A DNA stretch of 64,000 nucleotides from Octopus vulgaris (Eukaryota): NCBI GenBank assembly GCA_951406725.2, contig OX597820.1:23312001-23376000 (forward strand), given 5' to 3'. The translations under genes and the position numbers were made by a program. Below, piece by piece: positions 55,701-64,000 of this stretch (its first letter is position 1; each line of letters opens with the position of its first letter). Below the pieces are notes generated by a model that saw nothing but the letters and a program-made list of their open reading frames with translations, did no database searches and was not told the origin of the DNA.

Positions 55701-58700
55701 AATCACAACCTCTACTTTTGACTACTCCAAAAATGTCAAGTCTACTTCAACAGTCTCAGAAAGTCCCTGAAACTTAGGTATAAAATAGCAATTATTATTC
55801 TTTTTATTATTATTACATACATTCATGAGCACTTTAGAAAAACATTTAACTATTGTAGGGGGTGGAATGAGAAAAATTTATGTCACAAATTTATTAGTGG
55901 ACTTAGTGGTTATGCAAGGTTTAGGTGACTAATACTGGGTGCAGTAAGTAAAAAAAAAACAACTTTTGTATTATAAATAGTACTAGCTGGCCCTGTGCCG
56001 TCAAAAATGACAGCTAATTGTAGTATTTTATATATAAATAAGGTACAAAATAATCACAGATACAAACATTCACATACTTCACTTGAACATGCACACACAT
56101 ACACTCACATGGAGTTGAAATGCTGTTTGATTTTTCTTTTCAGCATTGCATATTCACCATCACACTTCCATGGCACACATACACACACAAACATTCAGAA
56201 TTCATATCTTTATCTATCTAAGAGGGCCTAAAATGGTTATAGACACTGACTTGTTTCCCCATACTAACAAATGGGATAAAAGAATAAAAAGAAGAAAGAG
56301 TATAATATAAAATACCCTATCTACATGCACATTGAAAATTTATTAATTAATCATATAAAAAAAAAAAATTAATTAGCTGCTTAAAGCAATGGAAATGTTA
56401 AATGAAATCAATTAATCAACAATAATTCACTTTATTTAGCACTCATTTCTCTAAATCCTTGATCTACTTTAAAATGTACTCAATATCAACAGTGTGTGCT
56501 AATCTTTTTTAATGCCAGAAATAACCCAAATGCATAATTAATAATTTTTATTTTAATAATTGCTTGTAATTTAGGTACAAGGCCAGCAAATTTGGGTAGA
56601 GGAACTTTGTAAATTACACCTTGACTTGTATTTAATTTTATTGGCCCTGAAAGGATAATAGGTTTAGTCAGCCTTGGTAGGATTTGAACTCAGATGATGA
56701 AAGGTTAGAGAAAGAGAGGCAGAAACAGGTGTCTTGCTATAGAGGAGGTACATGGTTACCCAGTGAGAGAGAGAGAGAGAGAGTTACAAGAAAGAGAACA
56801 GAAACAAGTGTGCTGGTGTAGCAGAAATACTTGGTTACCTAGTCAGAGGGAAAAGCAAGAAAAGGAGAGAGAGAGAGAGAGAGTAATCAAGAATGATGGT
56901 AGAAACAGATGTACTCCTGTAGAGGAGATAGATGGCTACTCAGCCAGAGGGAAGAGTGGGAAACAGCAAAAGCATAAGAGAGGGCAGGAGAGAGATGGTG
57001 AAGTGCCAGGGTATACTCACAAGTAACAAGGATCAGAGCATAGCAGACTGTATTTTTTTTTTAATGTAGGCTTGTTTAACATTTGTCATACAATGTTTTA
57101 ATTGTACCACATAACTAATTATTTTGCAACATAAGTAGTATAAAACTTTAGGGAGAGCAGAACAACAGAAGGCCTTCCGAGAAGAAGCACCCCTCGTGCA
57201 AGCATTTTGGGACCTCAACTCCTTACACTATAGGGGGCCCTGGGCTGTATCCAGGTCAGAACTCCTGGATACTTCCCCCAACCTGCTGTTATATTCTGTG
57301 CTACTGCATGCATTTCAACCCTCCTGGATGGCTTAAGTGCCCCACAAGCATGTGTGATATTAGATTGTCGTTGACAAGGCAAAGCATCTTTGGAACCATG
57401 TTTAATGCTTTAGCATTCAGATTACTCTGTCAAATGTAATGCCTATTTATTCATATTGTTTTGAATTAATCATGCATTGTCTTGTAGCTTTAAGATTTCA
57501 ATGATGTGATTGTTTATTTTTGGAATGACATTGTAGAGTAGGTTGAAAAAGGCTGGACCTGGTCAGTGTGGATATAAAACAGGTACAATATTTTAGCCAG
57601 ATATGGCCGGATTAACACCTTAGCTGTCTCATAATTTAAAAATGCAAGTTTTAGTTAATGGAAAATGTAAATTTTATTTGAAAATGTACTTAAAATATTA
57701 GAATGTCATTCTAAATTTGATCCCCAAAATAATCATTTGTGGACACTAGGAAAAAAAAAAGTGTATATGGAAAAGAAATTTTCTCAATGATTTAACCAGA
57801 CATGCTTGACTTTGCAGACTACTAACTACAACAAATTAATTTATAAAGTTAATCCTAGTGCAATTAATATTGGTTTCAACTTTTGGTGCCAGGCCAGCAA
57901 ATTCAGAGGAGTCAATAAGTCAATTACATCGATCCCAGCGTTCAACTGGTCCTTATTTTATTAACACCAAAAGGCTGAAAGGCAAAGTGGACCTTGGCAG
58001 AATTTGAACTCAGAACAAAGACAGATAAGATGCCGCTAAGCATTATACCTGGTGTGCTAATGATTCTACCAGCTTACTACCTTCCTAGTACTGTTAATAC
58101 GGAAAAAAGTCTGTGTTTTAATTGTTTGAGAATTTCAATGGATTATCTCAATTCTATTTTTGATTCATTAATATCTAAACTCCACAGTTCTCAAAGAATT
58201 ATTCCAATTATTGTTATGAAGTGCAATAACCCTTTAGTGTTCAGTTTATTCTGTCAAATGTGATGTTTGTTTATTTATATTGTTTTGAATTAATCCTGCA
58301 TTATCTTGTAGTTTAGAGATTTCAGTGATGTGGTTTTTTAGTTTTAGAATGACATGGTAGGGCTGAGGTGAGAGGCGAGATCTGGTCAGTTTCAATATAA
58401 AACGGGTTAAATACTTTGGCCGGATATGGCCGGTTTGAATGCTAAAGGGATAAACAACCTAACTCTTGTTTAGGTCTGAAAAGACATACTGAGATAAGAA
58501 TAATTTTTCTCAGGATTAAAAAAGTTTTTTTCCATATTTAAATGTTTTAGACATTTTTCCTTATTTCAACAATTAATTTTTGTAGTTAATATTTTTACTC
58601 ATTTACAAGAATACAGCTTCCCTCTTTCATGATTGTGGATAAAATTATATTCTTCTTTCTGTGGTTACTACCAAGTTTCTCACAAGGGTGAGAAATTAGC

Positions 58701-60917
58701 ATGAAACAGATCAGCAAATGACATTAAAACATTTTGTTACATGTCGGGATGGTCATTTTTCTTCTTTTTTTACCATATAAACACATGCATTATATATTCA
58801 TTCTTCAGTTTTATTATTGTTCTTATTTTAGTGTTCTTGGTATGAAACCTTTCTTCACACATCCTGTGACTGCTTCAGCGCCCACCTGTCCCCTCCTGTT
58901 CTGTTTAGTCTATTCTGTCTTTCTGGGACAAAGGACCACTAAAATAAGAACGAAAATAAAGCTGAAGTGTGTGTGTTTATTTGGAGAAAAAAAAGAAGCG
59001 ACCATCCCAAAATATAGCAATATGATTCAGCACATAATTTCACAGCAGGAATCTTGCAAAACAAATACATAAACGATATTAAAACAGTTATAATAACATT
59101 TATCATTTGTAAGAAAATAATTAGTTGGAAAATATATGTAATTAGAAACAAACCAAATAAACACAACTGTAAACTGCTGAAATGTAAACAATAAAACTAT
59201 TTGGAAAAAGCATACCCAAAGCAATCATAAAAGACGTTATAAATTTATTAAATGTTTAAACAAGAAATTATATAAAACTGAGAAAATTATGAATCATGAT
59301 ATAAAAAATAAATAATGACCATACTTGATGGTATAAAAGATGCATCCCAATTTTAGCAGTACATATTCAGGAGAATAATTAGAGCAATTAATATTTAAAG
59401 TAACATTGCATATAGGACCCAGGGTGATTTTCTTCAGACATTTGGGGGGAGGGGGGAATGCCATCAAATATAGTATATAAACTAACGGAAACAATACACA
59501 ATAGAAGAAGGAACAAATGATTCCTTTGAGTATAAATATTGACTCACTTTGCTGTAAAAGAATTTTTCACCTATGATAGTATACCAATGCTTGTATATGA
59601 ACATTATAAAATAGCTAAGCTTTCTGGAACCTGTTTACAATTTCTTGTAGCAGACAATTTCCCTTTTACATTCCTTTGAGAATTTTAACATAAGCATTTC
59701 CCATTTTTTCCTTTCATCTGAGTTGAAGTCAAGTCTGTTGTTGCCAACGATTAAACTGCATCTCCAGTTAAATACTAACTTGATATTGTCATATACTGTT
59801 TCCGACTGTGCTTTCCTGCATAGTGCCACAGTTTGTTGGAAGAAACTGGGAAGTGGTTCTCCAGCTGAAGCCTGCTACAACATATGACACAAGATTAGTT
59901 TTACAATTCAGCCTCCAGAGGTTGTCTTGCCTTCCAGACAACCATTGTGTCAACTTTGATTTCCAAAGGAAGATGTCAATTGGAGTGATATGCAGTGTGG
60001 AAGAGGACCTACCTACCAGAGCCACCTTAGCATTATTATAGAGACCCAGGCAAATCAATGTACTGGGCCCTATATTCATTTGTTGACAGCAAACACAGGT
60101 CAGAATTGGGAGCCTAGACCTTTGGAACCTCTCAAGGAAACTACCCATACATGGAAGTATGATGAAGCAAATGTTAAAATTAGTAATGATGGAGGCTGGG
60201 AAGCTTAAATAAACCTTCTGTCTCGTTCACATCTTTGTCACCTTCCACCCATTTCTCCATCAACCAATTGTCCACCTCTTTCTCTATTATATTCTTGCTC
60301 CCTTCATGTACCCATCCTGGGTTCATGTTCTCACTTCTAGTCATTTTTCATCTATATATTATAATCTTTGTTCCTCAGAAATTGCTGGACTCCTTCCTCC
60401 ACCATTTGGCTATCTTTGTTACCCTAGTCTTCCCACTTCTTGTCACTCTTGATGTTTCCAATCTCCTCAGCACCACACTCACCATTATAGACCCAGCCCT
60501 TTCTACCCAGGACACTGGCCCTCTGGAATCTTCCCTGTCTGCCTTTCCTGCAGGTGTTGAACTGCAACAGCTTAAACAAAATAGCATCAAACTCACTAGT
60601 GTTGGAGAGCCAATAAAGGTCGTGAGCAGTACCCATTCCTCCAGACTTTACAAGTTAACCCCCCACCAAAATCTCATTTTTATTGTATAAACAAGAAATC
60701 ATATTTGATCTTATTTCATTTAATTTTATGTGTTTATTGTCCTGTATTTCCCCACCCACTGAATCACAGGGACTTGTCATGTGAATACTTGGCTTTGGAA
60801 TCTGTAGTATTTAAGAGAATGAAACTTAAATCTCTGAATAACTTGTCAATGTATCACAGGTAATATTCAGATGATCAGTTACCTCCAACAACCAGGTGAA
60901 CTGAGGTACGGAATATC
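33044..60917 (-). CDS. A1CF: Multi-exon gene (3' portion): A1CF/RBM46/RBM47/DND1-family RNA-binding protein; RRM-coding 5' exons expected outside the window
   Basis: Six GT-AG exons join in frame: DIPYLSSPGCW-R-CLENWDYNMMSKNLNRNVGRGRSAAGLRAAGNLKYGQLPLTYSRPAYYNKAIE-VLENICLKNGWGTPIYHLLTTNINGYLCYIFK-VTLSSLSGSHIPYTNGWQPRVFSRTIEEAKICAAEHVLEQLRYYHNER-G-MEMPY...QQNNTQ-I-VPVLPDGDGPYIQEQQQN*. The LE.IC.KN.WG.P.Y.L...K(V/I)T...EAK..AAE..L..L pattern is the A1CF/RBM46/DND1 dsRBD-like domain, and GRGRSAAGLR resembles the A1CF/RBM47 RG linker. The symbol is family-level; exact orthology is unresolved. Confidence 0.85.
35629..35877 (-). CDS. A1CF: Exon (249 nt, phase 1-1), His/Pro-rich low-complexity tail MEMPYLTIAPTLYPYDG...HHHHHHH...SQQNNTQ
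   Basis: Acceptor tgtttccgattgctgtag, donor CAGA|gtaaga; lies within ORF 35504..35899; phase fits both neighbours. Confidence 0.8.
36205..36587 (-). mobile_element. SINE family B with a third tail type
   Basis: Head and body match 26502 reversed (36400-36587); tail differs from those at 9285 and 26700. Confidence 0.75.
42588..42950. mobile_element. hAT-type MITE inside a SINE, itself carrying an RTE-tailed SINE
   Basis: TIRs caggagtccccaaa / tttggagaaccctg; 8-bp flanks atttagct / gtttagtt. Confidence 0.75.
46040..46184 (-). CDS. A1CF: Exon (145 nt), dsRBD-like C-half VTLSSLSGSHIPYTNGWQPRVFSRTIEEAKICAAEHVLEQLRYYHNER(G)
   Basis: Acceptor ttttctcttgtag, donor GTG|gtaaga; EAK..AAE..L helix typical of the domain; ends in phase 1. 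Confidence 0.92.
47222..47317 (-). CDS. A1CF: Exon (96 nt), dsRBD-like N-half VLENICLKNGWGTPIYHLLTTNINGYLCYIFK
   Basis: Acceptor attctgtttccag, donor AAG|gtaatt; phase 0-0; matches the A1CF ILEEICQKNNWGQPVYQL pattern. Confidence 0.92.
48270..48620 (-). mobile_element. RTE LINE AP-endonuclease remnant
   Basis: Minus-strand pieces YKFFWVSN, KWIDKIIQIVRLSNKIIKL, TIAVIYTY. Confidence 0.6.
51140..52510 (+). mobile_element. Heavily deleted RTE LINE (APE remnant to 3' tail)
   Basis: VGTVNSRSSEIAGML..CCVQ..RWKG; FWVSNN..EGVGILLAEK; LREKLDIKGIKC.VQ.RRLPWYG; tail related to the (GAT)n SINE tail. Confidence 0.75.
52725..52792. repeat. (AGAT)n/(AG)n microsatellite
   Basis: Directly visible. Confidence 0.95.
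52863..53022 (-). CDS. A1CF: Exon (160 nt), RG-rich linker CLENWDYNMMSKNLNRNVGRGRSAAGLRAAG...YNKAIE
   Basis: Acceptor ttttattctccag, donor GAG|gtttgt; open frame with GRGRSAAGLR motif; ends in phase 0. Confidence 0.88.
53270..54420 (-). mobile_element. RTE-1-type LINE reverse transcriptase remnant
   Basis: PVGKGVKQGDTTSPKLFT and SETWATTKK..RAMERSMLGISL; multiple disruptions. Confidence 0.85.
59600..60690. mobile_element. Unclassified degraded retroelement-like sequence
   Basis: GC-richer block with overlapping short ORFs and no splice or phase fit to the host gene; no diagnostic motif recognised. Confidence 0.3.
60883..60917 (-). CDS. A1CF: Exon (35 nt, phase 0 to 2) DIPYLSSPGCW(R)
   Basis: Acceptor ttcatttttgtgtctaaacag, donor GAG|gtaact; phase 2 matches the next exon (AG+G = Arg). 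Confidence 0.7.
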
Positions 60918-61940
60918 CTGTTTAGACACAAAAATGAAATAGCAACAGTGGTTATTAACACACAAAATATCTACTATTTTTACTTTAACTGAATATTTAT
61001 CTACATTCTATAATAAATCTATACATGATTCTGTAGGTCTTTTTGATTCTGACTACGCACCGTTTAACATGTGATGATCTTTGTAGTAAAGTAAGGCTTG
61101 TAATTTGAAACCTTACCAATTTTAATTACAACTGATGTTTTTCTGAAAACCCAGAAATTAGTTAGCAAACTGAAAAGTGAGAGAGAGGGGGGAGAGGGGG
61201 AGAGAGAGAGAGAGTTTGTGTGTTTCAAAATTTTTAGTTCTATGCAATAAGATTTTGTGTAATAAGTGTTTAGAGCAAAATAATTTGGAAGGATGCTATA
61301 GTCAGAATGATGTAAAAGCAGAGCTTTGATACGGTGGCACAAAAATATTTTACTGGAGCAGAGTCACAGCCACACCATTCAGAAATAGTTAAAACTTAAT
61401 GATAACAATGGTAAAAAAGGGCTTGTAATATGAGTGATCAAGTAGCTGGAGAGTATCAGAACAATGTTTTGTAAATATATTTGCTAATAGTCAATAATAT
61501 TTATAATGCTGCAATGCACTCTGTGGATAGTAAATAACATTACAAGGAACAATTTTTTGCTATTCATTGAATAGTTATTGTTAATTAGATTGTTAACTAT
61601 AGACATTTTCAATTTTCTCCACAATCTGTAATTTGTACATAAACATGAACAAACCAGAAAACTTAAGCTTCACACTCACAATTTGATACGGAGGTATAAA
61701 TTTAAAGTGAAAGTGAAATTAATATATCTATGTCACTGGAATCTTCAAACTAGTTCCTTTTATAATGTAAAACTTTCAAATAAGAAAAATAAAAGTAAAA
61801 TAAATGCAAGTCACACGACATGAAAACCCGTGGAAAAAAGAAAACAACACCAAGTGAAAACTGAAAGTTATTTTGAAATATAAAATATTTCACATTAAAC
61901 TAAGCTAAAATAAAATACTAGAAAGCTATTAGAAATCTCC

Positions 61941-62190
61941 GTGGAGGTGTGTGGCTTAGTCGTTAGGGTGCCAGCATCATGATCGTAAGATTGTGGTTTC
62001 GATTCCTGGACTGGGTGACGCATTGTGTTCTTGAGCAAAACAATTCATTTCACGTTGCTCCAATCCACTCAGCTGGAAAAAATGAGTAACGCTGCGATGG
62101 ACTGGCGTCCTGAACAGCTGGGGAACACATACGCCATAGAAACCGGGAAAGCGGGCCCATGAGCCTGGCTAGGCTTTAAAAGGGTGCACA
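61941..62190 (+). mobile_element. tRNA-derived SINE family C (well preserved)
   Basis: tggaggtgtgtggcttagtcgttaggg...ggtttcgattcctgg head; tail gcgatggactggcgtcc...aggctttaaaagggtgca. Confidence 0.88.
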
Positions 62191-62605
62191 TATATATATA
62201 TATATATATTAGAAATCTCCACCTTTACCACCTTTTAAACAGGGGTGTATATTCTGAGTGTGCTAGGTGTACATGGCACACCTAGACCCATCAAAACTGG
62301 TAAATTCAATATAAATATTAACCTTGCTCATTAATTTAATCACAGATCCTTATAGAAAACTTGTTATATCCCTGCTTGAAATTTGGTGGCATCGGGTGTG
62401 GCAACACACCCAATACAACAACCACCATGTGCCACTAGTTTTAAATAATGTGTTTACTCATGTATATAATGTGTGGTGCAAACATACTTTTCTATGTTCT
62501 GAAGCTGCACATTGTACTTGCGTATAATGCTAACTCATATATAAAGATTAAAACTTTAGTATGTTGAGTATAATGTATTGCAAAAATTTTGAAATATGAA
62601 TATTA

Positions 62606-62775
62606 CTGTATTTGATAGGATAAAAGAGGAACTTGGAAAAAAGAAGAAAAAAACAACAACTTGGGTTCTATATGCTTAGTGCTCTAATGCACTAGAAACT
62701 TTTCCCCTGAATATGTGTTGTTGAAATTAGGGTGTGGCTAATATGCCTGTGTGTCTTTTACGTCATCAAATACAG
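62606..62775. mobile_element. pogo/Tigger-like MITE
   Basis: ta|ctgtatttgata..taaaag / ctttta..tcatcaaatacag|ta; related pieces at 9720-9800 and 59320-59370. Confidence 0.65.
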
Positions 62776-62787
62776 TAAATATTTACA

Positions 62788-63146
62788 TAGGTGCAGGAGT
62801 GGCTGTGTGGTAAGTAGCTTGCTTACCAACCACATGGTTCCAAGTTCAGTCCCACTGCGTGGCACCTTGGGCAAGTGTCTTCTACTATAGCCTTGGGCCA
62901 ACCAAAGCCTTGTGAGTGGATTTGGTAGATGGAAACTGAAAGAAGCCCGTCGTATATATATATATATGTGTATATGTTTGTCCCCCCAACATCACTTGAC
63001 AACCGATGCTGGTGTGTTTACGTCCCCATAACTTAGCAGTTCGGCAAAAGAGACCGATAGAATAAGTACTAGGCTTACAAAGAATAATGATTTTCCAGCA
63101 TGGCCACAGTCAAATGACTGAAACAAGTAAAAGAGTAAAAAAGAGT
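62788..63146 (+). mobile_element. Near full-length SINE family A
   Basis: tRNA-like head (gtggctgtgtggtaag..ggttccaagttcagtccc), CORE-like accttgggcaagtgtctt, tail cagcatggccacagtcaaatgactgaaacaagtaaaagagta. Confidence 0.92.
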
Positions 63147-63504
63147 AATTAATAAGAACGTTTTTTTTTATAAGGTCTTTAAAACATCTGTCCTTTGTAA
63201 CTTTTTTGCAAGAAATTCTCTGTCATTGTGCATTGAGCTGATACATTTATTCTGAAGAAAATGTCATAAATGAACATTCCACATTTCAACAATCTCCATG
63301 CTTCACTCTTGAAACAAAGATATTGTTAATATGCTAATGTTAGCACTCAACTGGTTGGCCATTGTAGTTGTTGCTGTAAATATACAGAGTCTTTAAAGAT
63401 GTGTGGTTCTGTTTGAAAATTCAGATCTCGTGCTGCATACTATTTTTATTAATTTATCATCATCATCATCGTTTAACATCTGTTTTATATATATATATCT
63501 AATA

Positions 63505-63902
63505 TATCACCTTGATTACCTTGACCGACCTATCCGTTGGGCGTCTATTTGACACCACTGATCACAGCACGTTGTCCACTCCTCTCTGGATCGCGTCTTT
63601 CTCATCCATGTGATCCCAATCACCCTCCTGAAATCGTAACTCCACCATCGTGGAGGCCTTCTGAGTGGTTGTTTCCGCTCATGCAGGTATCACTCGACAA
63701 CTGCGTGGGTCCACCGATTATCGGTGAGCCGGGCAATGTGTCCAGCCCATCTAAACTTGCTGCGTGTATATTCTACGATAACATCCCTCACACCGGACTT
63801 CTCTCTGATGACCTCGCTACTGATGTGCTCTCTCAACGAGATTCCAAGCATTGACCTCTCCATGGCTCTTTGAGCTGTTACAAATCTCTGTTCTTCTCTC
63901 TT
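63505..63902 (-). mobile_element. RTE-1-type LINE 3' end
   Basis: AQRAMERSMLGISLREHI..IREKSGVRDVI..KFRWAGHIARLTDNRWT..RPPRWW; tail ggtcggtcaaggtaatcaaggtgata. Confidence 0.9.
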
Positions 63903-64000
63903 TTTTATATATATAAATATAAATATATATAAGGCACAGGCATGGCTGTGTGTAAGAAGTAGTTTGCTTTCCAACCACATGGCACCTTTGACAAATGTCT

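Noticed and set aside
61290-61380. C/D box snoRNA on the minus strand (terminal CTGA)
   Set aside because: No RTGATGA C box with a closing stem at a suitable distance.

Overview
AT-rich, microsatellite- and SINE-dense eukaryotic DNA; the repeat content suggests a coleoid cephalopod (Octopus-like), which is an inference. One host gene is supported: the 3' half of a minus-strand A1CF/RBM46/RBM47/DND1-family RNA-binding protein gene. Six phase-compatible GT-AG exons (60883-60917, 52863-53022, 47222-47317, 46040-46184, 35629-35877, 33044-33102) encode an RG-rich linker, a DND1/A1CF-type dsRBD-like domain and a His/Pro-rich tail. The RRM exons should lie beyond the right edge of the window. The rest is a palimpsest of tRNA-derived SINEs with swappable LINE-derived tails, RTE/CR1/Penelope remnants, Tc1/hAT/piggyBac-type MITEs, Helitron ends and fold-back elements. 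The most interesting signal is a ~350-nt imperfect intronic hairpin (58690-59045) that pairs across the 3' splice site of a stop-containing candidate exon. Inclusion of that exon would delete the dsRBD-like domain, and the sense-strand stem has several A:C mismatches, so it may be an editing- or structure-controlled autoregulatory switch. All coordinates were read by hand; repeat boundaries are approximate.
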